Shown here in pieces: positions 26,830 through 38,168 of a DNA stretch of 52,592 nucleotides (position 1 is the first letter of the stretch; each line of letters opens with the position of its first letter). The translations under genes and the position numbers were made by a program. The DNA is from Paraglomus brasilianum (Eukaryota). The stretch covers positions 1 through 52,592 of the forward strand of contig CAJVPI010000114.1 of assembly GCA_910592345.1 (NCBI GenBank). Direction: 5' to 3'. Below the pieces are notes generated by a model. It was given only the letters and a program-made list of their open reading frames with translations. It was not told the origin of the DNA and made no database searches.

Positions 26830-27700
26830 TTAGGTCGAACAAATTCATTACCGACGCTGAATGTGTAATTCAATCGAGCATAAAATGATTCAAGCTTACC
26901 AAGGTCAAAAACAAACTTGCGACAAGTTTGTCGTAATTTTGCCTTAGAACAGGTTTAAATCAAAAAGCTACTGATTATGAAAAAATATTATATTACCACA
27001 GATCAAAAAAGCCAAGTTTTGAGAAATGGTTAAAATTAATTTACCAAGGATTTCACAATTTACTGGTCTTGCGGACACGAAACAGCATTAGCCGAAGCTA
27101 TAATAGAATATTTAGAGCAAAAGGGGCGGTTTTCTTTACTTTAACTGAAAATTTTTTGGGAAAAAGAAAGGTTGGCCTCCTGCTCTGAACTAACCAACCA
27201 GCTTTGTATGCCTTAGTTAATTATAATAACAAATATTTGATAATTCTCGAAAATCATTTTGCTTTTAGGAAAATGACAAGAAAGATTATTAGGTTTCATC
27301 CTGATCAGAAAATGCTAAAGGATATATTGTAATTTATTGAGGAGAAAAAAACTGGGATAGTTTATTTGGCTCCGGCTTTTGGAGCCGAAGATTTTGCAGT
27401 GGCGAAAAAAGGAAAAATTGGTTATTGAATGCCCCCTCGAATCTAATAGCTTATTTAATAAAAAATTTTAGAGTCCCAGAATTAGTTGGTAAACTTATTC
27501 AGAAGTCAATCAGTATGTATTACTGATTTACAAGAAAAATTTTAATAGTAAAAAAGACAGAAATTATCCATAGCTATCCTTGCGATTGGCGCGATAAAAG
27601 TTTCGTTAATCTAAACAAGAAAAAAGGGAATTACTAGAAAATTGAAAAAGTAATAATTGAACTGAAATAAAAATTATTGATCTAATAAAAAGTGAAGGAA
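26830..27700 (+). pseudogene. ileS: Frameshifted, internally deleted bacterial-type isoleucyl-tRNA synthetase remnant
   Basis: Collinear IleRS motifs across frames: IEHKM; LRQVCRNFALEQV; EMVK..LIYQGF; IYWSCGHETALAEAIIEY (27058-27111); GLLL[TGA]TNQP (TGA 27186-27188 at the W of WTTTP); TGIVYLAPAFGAEDF (27351-27395); HSYPCDWRDK (27569-27598). No introns. Confidence 0.85.
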
Positions 27701-30029
27701 TAAAAAGCCAGAATAGTTTGGTATACAAATTAGTTAGCGAATAAAACAACATAATTTGATTTTATGTTTAAAATCACTGAAGTTAGGTTACCAAAAAAAC
27801 AGTATAGTATTGGAGACAAAACTTGAATTAGGTCATGGAGAATACGTTGATATTTTTGTCGAGCCAACTACGCGGGAGAGCCATGGGTTTAGCTCTTTCA
27901 ATCGAGTTTGGCTAACCTCTCCTCCTGCTTAAATCGCTGATACAGTGATCTTTATTGCTGGCTTTAAATACACCCACAATTAATCGGTCTGTATAACGCA
28001 GGTTCTCGATTGCTCATTACTCTGCAGACAAGCCTTTTTACCTTTATCGACGGGATATTTCGATAGTCCGTAGGAAATCCGGGTTTACGGCTACAGAATC
28101 ACTGAATATGAAGTGGCCAGGAATAATTAATGTCCAATATATTTGTACAAAATAATAAGCTAATAGCAGTACAAGTGTTCGAAGAAATGTTCAGATTCAA
28201 AGAACGAAATCCAAACTACAAGCTGAAAGCGATGTTGGCTAGCAAGACTACCTCAGCTTATATATCTTTCTGTCGTTCCACTAGCTAACTATCTAACTAT
28301 AGATCTAAATATACGTTGGCATTAATTAATTTACAGTAGTATGTGCCGATAAAACAATGCTTGTAATCACGACACGTGATTCGACTCCACGCGTTAGGAA
28401 AATTTTTATTTTTTTTCCAGCCCTCATTTTTCTTTTAATCCTAACTCTTAACTTCTGAACCGCAGACTTTTACATTTACCGCGCCAGTAGGAATAACTTA
28501 AGTCTCTCCGCAGATTGAGCACTTTCACTAAAAAACCTGGTTTATTACAGGCGGGGGATTTGAAGAAATCTTTATAGTATTTTTCTAGCTAAAGGGTTCA
28601 TAATGTCAAGGAACAATGACCTTCCCCTGGAGCGATCTTGTCGCACAAGGAAATAGTTCTTTGCCCGAGCGGGAAGTATGTTTCATCTGCGAGTTGAAGC
28701 ACAGCATAATTAGCTCTATTGGCATTGTTTATAACCGAGCCCTGCAATTATGTTGAGCGATCTTGTACAAAAGGAAAAATGCTTTTTTGCCTGAATTACA
28801 ATCTGTCAACAACTCGTCAACTATATTAGATTACTCGTAATATATACCATTCTGTAAAAAGACCATTTTAACATCGATACCCCACAAAACTCGGAAACTG
28901 GCTGTTGAAAATCAAATTAATAAGCCTTTAATTTTATTTATATTCCAAAATCCTGTTGTAATGTTTCCTACCGGAATACTTGCGGCAACTGGAGCAGTTA
29001 TAACCGGATTTCTATTACTATTACTATATAAAGTTTCAAACAACGACTATTTTAATTTACAATTATACACATTGTACTAAATAATAACATTGAAGCGGAA
29101 GTCCGATGAGCCTGATGATCATGATAATGATTATCAGGAGAATGAAGAAACATGACAAAAAAAGCAAGATTCGAATAATATATTGAATCGGGCACGTTTA
29201 ATTAATTTCCATCAGAATAAAGATAATAAACAATGGATATTAGTACCAGCCAATAATCAAACATTAGCTCCATTCTTGCCAAGTAATGAAAGTAATTCAG
29301 TTGAAGAAAAGAACTCATCGATAATACGGATAATGTAAATGAGTGTAAATGAGCAACATATATTAACACCGGCTAATAACAAAATGTTAGCTTTGTTTCA
29401 TTCTTACGAAAACAAAATTTATTCCTAGATGATGATATTATTTCAAGATTTTGAGATTATTGGCCGCGACTTTTGGACTTGCGGACATTGCCAAGACGCT
29501 CAATAATCAGAGTAAGTAGCTATAAAATTCTAAGATTCTTTACTTCGTAAAGCTTAGTCAATTGCACCATGATGTAAAAGTATCATACCAACTCGTTTTT
29601 ATTATGTTAAGGACAAGAAACATTTTTGTTACGAATTAACATGCATAAGCAATATAAAGTAGGCTTTATATTAAGTTTTACGTTGATATTTGTGGCACAA
29701 CTAACTTAAACTATAAGTAAAGAGTTCATTTGCTTGCGCAATTCATAATTGATACCACCTCTTGCTGCCTTTTTTCACATACCTTTTTTACGCGCTCAAC
29801 GCATTTCCATTACTATATGTCTAGATAGCTATTAAGCTTTCTTATTATCGACAAAATTGTCAAGCCAAATTAGCTGTAATTTTAACTCGCTGGTATCACT
29901 TTTTTTACAACATTTCTTTGGACGAAATATAAGATTAGCTTGTTGTATATCTTGTATTTTTAATAATGCAACAGTTACCTCGATCCTATAAAAAGAAATT
30001 TTGGTAAACAAATTTTGTTCATCAAATCA

Positions 30030-30037
30030 TCACGTGG
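30030..30037. promoter_or_regulatory. TCACGTGG E-box/ACGT-core element ~80 bp upstream of the Derlin ATG
   Basis: Motif visible. A CACGTG also lies ~85 bp upstream of the 8671 gene (8580-8585). Function (bHLH or UPR bZIP site) is inferred only. Confidence 0.3.
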
Positions 30038-30115
30038 TAACTATAACAAAGCGTGCCACATATTTTCTATAGTAATATAATAATAGTCTTCAAACTACAA
30101 AATTACAATGAAAAA

Positions 30116-31358
30116 ATGAACCAACACGGGCCGGCTCAACACCAACAGCGCACGTTTCAAGACGAGGCAATGCTCTGGTATAGGTCACTTCCGCCAGTGA
30201 CAAAGTTCTTATTCTCCTCTTTTGTGATCGAAGTTTTAATTGGGACAGTGCTTGTGGATTTTCAATATTTGGCGTTCATACCAGGCAATGTGCTAAAGGT
30301 GTTTAAGCGGAAGAATGGGAAAGGAGTCGAGGGAGAGGGAAAACAAATAGAATTTAACGCAAACAAGGAACAGAGAAATGGACAATTTACACCTTTTTTA
30401 CCCGTATTCAATTTATTTTTAATAGATACGATATCCCGAAGCCTGGAGACTATTTACAGCATTCTTCTTCCAAAGCTTTGGATTGAGTTTTGCTTTCCAG
30501 CTATATTTTCTATATAGATATTCCTTCGATCTCGAAACGTCGAAATTTGCAGGACGCCCCGCCGATTATGTGTTCTTCCTTCTGTTTGAGGCCGGATTGA
30601 TGCTTGTATCCTTTCCGTCATATTTGTCATAGTGATTTTGTTGAGCGATCTGTGCTGTAATGTATTTAATGCCTGAGCTAACCAAGAGGGGAAGGTGTTG
30701 GTATTAGTAAACAAGTTCAATCTCTATCTTTTTAGTTCAGAGTCATACGTCATCGCGCTCGATTTGTCTATTTTGTTCTTGACCTACAACAATTGATCTT
30801 TCTCACTCGCAGATAATCGCTGGATTCTTGATACCAGCCGGATTTGATAGACTATTTTTACTTAACGTCTCGCTGGTAATGGCAATTGTATACACATGGT
30901 CACAATATAACAGAGATATGACGGTCACATTCTTCTTTGGCCTGAGATTCAAGGTGCTTCTTTCACTTCCTTCCTTCACCCCTCTTGTCCATCTACTCAT
31001 TTATATAATGATCATCTATTACAGCTTTTACCTTTCTTTATAAACCTCTCTGCAGGCACTGTACTTCCCTGCCGTTCTTCTTTTATATGAATTTCTGGTT
31101 CTCCAGGGTCATGTACCCTGGGATATGGTCCTGGGTATAGGAACTGGTCACGTTTACCATTGGCTTATGGAAGAATATCCCGCAACTGGGGGTCGTCGAT
31201 GGCTAACCACTCCAAGTATATTGTACAGATTCTTTCCGAGTACAAGTTCGTCATATAGTCGACCATATGGTGCTGCGTATACGCGACCAAGCAGTCGAGA
31301 AACGAATCAGAGCGGTCGAGAACATAATTGGAGTGGGAGAGGTTATAGGTTGGGGTAG
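30116..31358 (+). CDS. Derlin family ERAD membrane protein (Dfm1/Derlin-1-like, with SHP box); 4 exons approx. 30116-30298, 30426-30605, 30813-30953, 31056-31358
   Basis: Spliced frame WYRSLPPVTKF..EAWRLFTAFFF..FLYRYSFDLETSKFAGRPADY..YTWSQYN..FFGLRFKALYFP..GIGTGHVYHWL..HNWSGRGYRLG, with the WR motif, GxxxG and a C-terminal Cdc48-binding SHP box. Confidence 0.92.
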
Positions 31359-32373
31359 TAGATTTGCGAAAAAATAAGGCAACGAGGGTGTGGCTTAAGG
31401 AGGGTTTAATTAACGTTGTCGTAATCGATTGCATGTTTCCTTTGTATAAAATGTTGGATGGTATACCAAGTTGTATATTATTTGAGCGATGTCTGTTAGG
31501 AGAGACTTAAAATACGCTAATCACAACTATTGAACTGGTTTTCGAGTCCATTTCACAGCATTGCAGTCCAAATAGTTTGAGTACATACGGTAATTGAAAA
31601 TAAATAATGAAATACCCGAGTATTGCATGGAACGAAAAGCTATTGATGGGTATTATCTATTTATTTTGTCACACTGGTGTAAACCATTTCTCTCTACATT
31701 ATCGTTAACTCTTCCTCGCTCCCACTATATTTATACTTAAAATTTTTTTCTCTTCGTTGCCGATTACTTTGCTGTGAATTGGCACTTTATAGATGCAAAT
31801 CAAAACACCACCTTTGCCAATCAATTGATGGTAAATGTGAAGCTTGAGTCTTGCATATGACTTTTGTGGAATAAAGCTTTTGAATCCTCGACGGATTTTA
31901 CCGCTTTAACTGTTTCTCAATCTAAGCATTCGATTGTTTTTTGGTTTTGTCGGTTCGTGTGGATTTCATTGTTCTATGTATTTTCTATGATCCCCCCTTT
32001 TCGGATATGTCTTCTATGTTGTCTGAATGCATGTCGCCAAAACGACGGCTTTAAAGAAGTTACTTTACCACGCATACATGTAAAGCTTTACATTTCCTTG
32101 GCCGATAAGTTCTCCAGATAAAAAATGCCATATCTATATAATTTTTGTATAATTATCACCTTTTCACTCGGATAATACGTCGAAGGTCGAGTTCCGCTGT
32201 GAGTCGACTACAATTATTCATATCTTCGCGTTAGCGGTAACTTTTCCTATGATTGTGACACAACTGTATAACCTCCCAATCATTATCAGATGTGCGATCC
32301 ATCTTTAAGCTAATCCTCAAAACTCAAAAAGAAAAAAAGTCAAAACACATCTCTTTCCCCGATTTATTACATC

Positions 32374-32547
32374 ATGGCTATTCCTCCAATCGTCGGTAAA
32401 CTAAAGAAAACAGTTATTTTGGATCTTTCTATTGCTTTGGGTCTTGGAATCGCTGGCGGTTATGCATACTGGTATGGTTATCATGTACCAGCGGTTAAGA
32501 GACGAGAGGATTATAAGCTTAAGCTCAAACTGGGGTCTCAGCAATAA
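32374..32547 (+). CDS. COX9: Cytochrome c oxidase subunit 9 (VIIa), 57 aa
   Basis: MAIPPIVGKLKKTVILDLSIALGLGIAGGYAYWYGYHVPAVKRREDYKLKLKLGSQQ matches the fungal Cox9 pattern (PI.G.....I.D....LG.G.....W.G.H....RE.Y). Below the ORF-track cutoff. Confidence 0.9.
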   Translation: MAIPPIVGKLKKTVILDLSIALGLGIAGGYAYWYGYHVPAVKRREDYKLKLKLGSQQ

Positions 32548-33623
32548 TTACGAGATAAGAGAAACTGGAATTTTGGACTGAATGATAGAGACATGGGTGA
32601 GTAGTGTCGGGGGTCGTTGTTCGAACACAAAGTATAACGTGCTTGGTAACGTGTGGGGAGATATTTGGAGAAAGTTTCTAATAATTCCTTCAACTAGGGT
32701 CACTCGTCAATTGCTGTCATTTAACCGCCCCTTTCTTCCATCTGTCTTCTCTTGAAAGTCATCAGTTGTATGGATCAACAAACTATGGTTATGTAAACTC
32801 GTAATAAAACAGACGTTGCAATAATATGAATGCCAACTATGAATAATGTATCGCATCAGAGTTTACGAATTTTGTCTCGATTTCATCAATTCCAATAGTT
32901 TGCACGGCTTTCGAATGTAGATATCGATAGTCCAATATTATCGATAACACGCCAGTTTCTTGTATAATTAATTGATATCGTTCATACAGCGTATTATTTA
33001 CTGATCTGATAATGATCGAGCTGTCCATTACCGTATTTGCTTAAGTACCATTCTCATTGACATGCTTATGTTCTAACCATTATCTACCATCCACGATACC
33101 TTTCGCATGCCGTTCAATACAATTAATATTTTGTCAGCTTTAGATTATTCCATTTTAGAACAGACGCATGTTTAATAATCCAAACTATTATACAGTATAA
33201 GTGTATTTAATATTATATTGTTCATTCCACGGTATACACGTACAATTACAGCGTGTAGTTGAGCCGTCTGGTTTCTAACATACTGAATAATTTGCTTAAT
33301 AATACTCATACTTGTGTCCACGTTTGAGTAATGTGTATAAATATTAAATAATGAATTGTATCAGAACAATGGGTTTAAAATTTTTATGGTCAAATTCAAA
33401 TAATTATCGCATTCAATAAATATATATTAATTTGACACATTGTTCTTGCCAATAGTTTTTCTCACAAGAGTCTATCTATCAATAATTTGGTAATGTTATC
33501 AGGCTGGAGATTGTTATTCTATATTTAATTCAACATTTTCACTCCTTTGGTTAAAAATTTATGAACATTTATAAAACCAGAAAATCAAAAACTCTCATCT
33601 ACCTTAATGTTAATTATTGCAGA

Positions 33624-33711
33624 TGTTGTACCTCAGTTGGGGACCTGTCTCAGTCCAGAACTCAGTTGTCTCAGTCCAGAACTGAGACAGGTCCCCAACT
33701 GAGGTACAACA
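33624..33711. mobile_element. 88-bp miniature inverted-repeat element, TGT...ACA termini, perfect 31-bp TIRs, 4-bp TSD (CAGA); Ginger-like
   Basis: 33624-33654 is the exact reverse complement of 33681-33711; CAGA at 33620-33623 and 33712-33715. Confidence 0.8.
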
Positions 33712-33861
33712 CAGATATAGTGTGTCACGAAAAACTATTGATAGTTTTGCTAAAACTGTTAGAGTAATAAATGAGCTTCATACTTTATTTAATGGTTTAT
33801 GAGCAAAAGTTTTATTGCCATAGATTTAATAGTAATAGAGTATTATTTTTTTTTTCACAAA

Positions 33862-34894
33862 TAAATCTCTCTGTGACATCAGAATAAGATCACCATTATC
33901 TAACAGGCATTATTAAGTATTGTGAAGATGTGCCCATGAGATTTCAATTTTTATAGGATCTTTATTGACAACTACAGAGAAACTGCTAAAGCTGTTTTTA
34001 GACAGCTAGTACATGAGGAAGCATATGCTAACTACATTACTAACTGAATCAATAAAGAAACTTGGCCTAATGCCTGGTGTAAACACAATGTAAGAAGCTA
34101 AATTAGAAAACCACAGAGGGAAAAACTAATTTAGCAAGGGAGAAAATAAGTGAGAGGCTATGTCCCACACTTGTGAGCAGGACAGGGAGCAGGAAGGTTA
34201 GTGTTGGATTCCTGAGGCCAGTGCCCATGAGATTTTGGGAATGCATAGAAATTTTAAACAATCTAGCAGAATCTCGTGACAAGATCGCCAGGATACTAAT
34301 AGAAATTTAGCAATTTGTTGGTGACATCATGACGAGATATTTGCAATATTTTCTATTTTCTGATTGTAAATGTCACATGGTTATCAGCACAATATCCTGC
34401 AAATCTCATCAAGACATTTTTAAAAAATGCAAGTTTCTGTAAAGTTGGCATAAGATATTTTGGTCAAGAAAACATATCTTACTTACTAATAGCATTTAAA
34501 ACCCAAATCCATCAAACTTTTGATAGCTTGCAGGCCCATGGTGTGTACATTCTCACGAAATAATATGATTCTTTACAGAAACTTGCATTTTTTAAAAATG
34601 TCTCGATGAGATTTGCAGGATGTTGTGCTGATAACCATGTGACATTTACAATCAGAAAATATTGCAAACATCTCATCATGATGTCACCAACAAATTGCTA
34701 AATTTCTATTAGTATCCTGGCAATCTTGTCATGAGATTCTGCTAGATTGTTTAACTTCATAAAATTTCCATGCATTCCTGAAATCTCGTGGGCACATCTT
34801 CACAATACACTAAAATTAGAATCCTCATGGCAATCTCATTACATGATGCCTGTTGGACAGTGGTGATCTTATTCTGATATCACAGAGAGATTTA
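33862..34894. mobile_element. ~1-kb foldback / long-TIR non-autonomous element
   Basis: Inner arms 34221-34444 and 34571-34795 (~225 bp) are near-perfect reverse complements around a ~125-bp spacer. Outer arms ~33862-33946 pair with ~34779-34894. Confidence 0.85.
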
Positions 34895-35624
34895 TAAAAA
34901 CTACAGGTTTCTGTAAAGTACTTATGTGTAGGTTCATGTTTTCTTTTTATTTTGTGTTCCAATAGTAAAGCAAGATGAAAAAAGTAAGTTAGTGGTGATA
35001 AATTCAATTTGTGTTTTGGAGACACATGCACCAAGTGAGAATAATGAGGTGGTGGGCAGACTGCAATGAAGCATTAATAGAAAGGCATTATTTAAAGCTG
35101 TCCCCAATGCCTAAGTCAAAGTATCTGCCAGAACGGCTGCCAACAGCATGTTCTCCAACTTGGCCACTTGTGCCTGATGTGCCACCCCTTGATTTTGCCA
35201 GAACTCTGTCTTTCTCCTCGGTGGCCTTGTCTAGCTTGCCTTCCGCCTCCTTCAAGCTCTCCCACAACCCTTTTAATAATTGATGCATGCAGGAGGGCAA
35301 TGCGAAATCTGAGACTATTCTGTTAGCAGAGCACTAAAGTTTCCCTTGTATGCTTATGCTTTGAACTACAACTTGCTGCTACAACAACTACCAGGAGTTA
35401 TGTAAATACCAACTGTCTTGGCTGTCAGTAATACTGTATATAACAGTTACATTACCATGTGAGCTTCCCATTACAGTACCTTATGAGAACAAGCTGCATT
35501 ACTAGTCATGAAGAAATGTGCTTCTGACTAACCTCTTTCATTATTACCTTCGCAATATGATGGTATATTGAGAAATTGGGACGTTATAGTATATACTGTA
35601 TAATAAGTATATTATAATGATCTC

Positions 35625-36025
35625 GAACGCGAAAAATCAATTTTCGTCGTCAAGCAGCATTAAGACAACAACCGAGAATCCAATGTTCATGAAGCTTATA
35701 CGTTTGGTAAGCATAACTGTTGCCAACGTGTGCGCAATGAGTTCACCCATAATATTATGTACGATTTGAATTTGGATATACCGCTTGGCTTGATTATTTG
35801 AAGACGCGAAATCAATTTTCGTCGTCAATCAGCACCAAGACAACAACCGAGAATCCAATGCTCATGAAGCTTATACGTTTGGTAAGCGTAACTGTTGCCG
35901 CAATGAATTGACCCATAATATTATGTACGATTTGAATTTGGATATATCGCTTGGCTTGATTGTTCGAAGACGCGAAATCAATTTTCGTCGTCAATCAGCA
36001 TTAAGACAACAACCGAGAATCCAAT
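35625..36025. repeat. Tandem duplication, ~170-bp unit, about 2.3 copies
   Basis: acgcgaaa(aa)tcaattttcgtcgtcaa..aagacaacaaccgagaatccaat recurs at ~35627, ~35804 and ~35970; gives the near-identical ORFs 35637-35828 and 35812-35994. Confidence 0.9.
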
Positions 36026-36099
36026 TTAAATTTCTTTATTATTAAGCAATAAAGCAATAAATGTTAATTAAGCAGGTCTACAATATTTGTTGACGGTGT

Positions 36100-37163
36100 T
36101 ATTTGTCATTGCTATTTTCATCTTCATACGTTTTCTTCACTAAACTGAATAGGTAACCTGTTCTTCGGTTGTAATAGCTAGTTACATCACATTCAGATTA
36201 AATCTGTTTGTGTTTCATGAATATGTAAATTTAGAGAAAACAGAGGACGAGCACTAAAATAAAAACATAATAGCTCCAATCCTGTAATTGACATAATTTT
36301 AGGTTAATCAAAAAACAGAATTATTCATGTGGGAAAATGTGACTCACTTGAGGATCAGTAACTTTTTGTTCTAAAGTGTCATGTTTTTTCTCTCCAGGAA
36401 AGCCCATTTTTTATTGACGAGATCCAGTTTATCTGCAAATATTTTAAACCCCCAATCTATTCTTTCTCTTAATGTTTCGTTCATCATTGTTATTTCCTAA
36501 AAAATCAAGACGTTCGGTTATTATGTGAAACAGGTGGCATCATTTAAGGTTACTGTTCTTATCTGGATAACGTAAATTATCGTAACTATAGCGCCAATAA
36601 ATTTAATGGCATTAACAACATTGGAAGTGAACTCTAAATATATACAAATTTGTTAATGTGTTGACTAGCGAAGAAACGGTGCAGTAACACTTTCTTACCA
36701 CAAGTTTTTTTTTGCGAATTCCTGCATTCCTGCCTGCTGTTGTAGATTATTGCGTGTTTGGTTATCTTCTTGTTGTCCCTCTATTTGAATAACTTTTTGG
36801 CTCTCAATCAGTAGTTTAAAAAAAGTAGGCATTTTATAATTAAAATTTTTTGTCGGATCTTAAAAATAAATATCGAATCAAACCTTTTGATTTCAGTATT
36901 TATATGTAAAACCGAAATACGTCATTGACAAACCGCAGTATACGTCATGAAAAAGTGAGGTATGGTTTTTTCCAGGATTTCGAGGACCTTATTAGCATCA
37001 CGGAAGGTGGACAACATAAAATTTCAGCGGGGCTTTTACCAAGGTCAATGTCGTTTATTTATTTCTGACACAAACCCACTATAACCCTAAAATCCTCTTC
37101 ACGTTCTTGTGAGTCCTTGGCTGTTAATGAGATTCGATATTCAGTCCTGCGCATTAGAGTCAT
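36100..37163 (-). pseudogene. Probable decayed multi-exon gene of unknown family
   Basis: Minus-strand exon-like blocks bounded by AG/GT: MTLMRRTEYRISLTAKDSQEREEDFRVIVGLCQK*INDIDL|gt, IESQKVIQIEGQQEDNQTRNNLQQQAGMQEFAKKNL|gt, ag|EITMMNETLRERIDWGFKIFADKLDL..; contains stops and frameshifts. Confidence 0.3.
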
Positions 37164-38005
37164 GTGCATAGATAGACATCACATGAAAATCATAAGGTAA
37201 GCTGTTAAACGGATGAGTCTTATTGCTTTTTAAAACCACATCTTAGTTAGCACAAGGGACAACGATCTTTATCTTTTGTTTCCGGTTCGGAGTGAAGGTT
37301 ACGACCGCACTAGGTTGAGAAGGGGCTGTTAAGCACGAAGGACGTCCGAGACATAATACTTTGTTTCCGGGCCGGAGTGAAGGTCACGACCGCACAGCCT
37401 ACCTTACAGTGCTGTCCGTGCAAAATCTAATTACTTTTCGCTAAATTCCATTTCTCTGTTTTGCCTTTTTAATGAACAATGACCAAAAGTTTCTGTAAAA
37501 AATTAAAGCAACGTGAAGACAAAATAAACTGGCTACTGCATAGCGAAAATTCTACGCTTTTTGCATTCTATCGTTTTACGGGTGCTTCCAATAGATCAAG
37601 TTCTCGATCGTCTTAAAACGTGATGACCCAGATATTTCGAATAAGCTAAATCGATCATGTATAAATACAACGTATGTAAAGTGCATTTACAATATTTGTT
37701 ATCCTTGCCCTAGCCACTTTAACTACTATATAATTAGAGCGGAGAATACAAAAATCATTGGGAAGATTGGAAAAAGGAAAAATCGAAAGTATGTATCATC
37801 TTTACGAATGTGTTCAGAAATATTTGTTAACACTTTTCACTATATACAACAGAGCCAGATAGTGTCAGATGCAGTTGAAATAAACCTCAAATACATGAGG
37901 GATTTAATTCTACATTTGATGAATCTGTCAGAGAGCCTTCAAAACCCTTCAAAAAACGGAAATTGTCTATGCGCAAAGAAGGCCTATTAGATGAATTTAT
38001 AGATA

Positions 38006-38168
38006 CAGTCAAACCTCAAAAACCGATACTGCAAAAAACCATAACTCCCAAAACCGATACTTTTTTCAATTCCTGTGCAATTTATATGTGATAAATTCCT
38101 CGTAAAACCGATAATACACATGATATAGATACGTGTATCGTGATTGACCAATCACATAGGTTTGACTG
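38006..38168. mobile_element. Tc1/mariner-pogo-type MITE remnant, 11-bp TIR CAGTCAAACCT, TA target duplication
   Basis: TA|CAGTCAAACCT (38006-38016) ... AGGTTTGACTG|TA (38158-38168); internal aaaaccgata repeated three times. Confidence 0.7.

Noticed and set aside
8671..32547. HMG gene as a Mucorales-type sex locus or ascomycete-type MAT locus
   Set aside because: The flanking genes are not tptA/rnhA, SLA2/APN2/COX13 or HD1/HD2; the nearby cytochrome oxidase subunit is COX9, not COX13. AM fungi have many non-MAT HMG genes.
35637..35994. Two near-identical 60-63 aa ORFs as duplicated small genes
   Set aside because: A by-product of the ~170-bp tandem repeat; TTG starts and no recognisable motifs.
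37275..37395. 36-bp repeat-spacer-repeat as a CRISPR array
   Set aside because: Only two imperfect copies, no cas genes, eukaryotic context.
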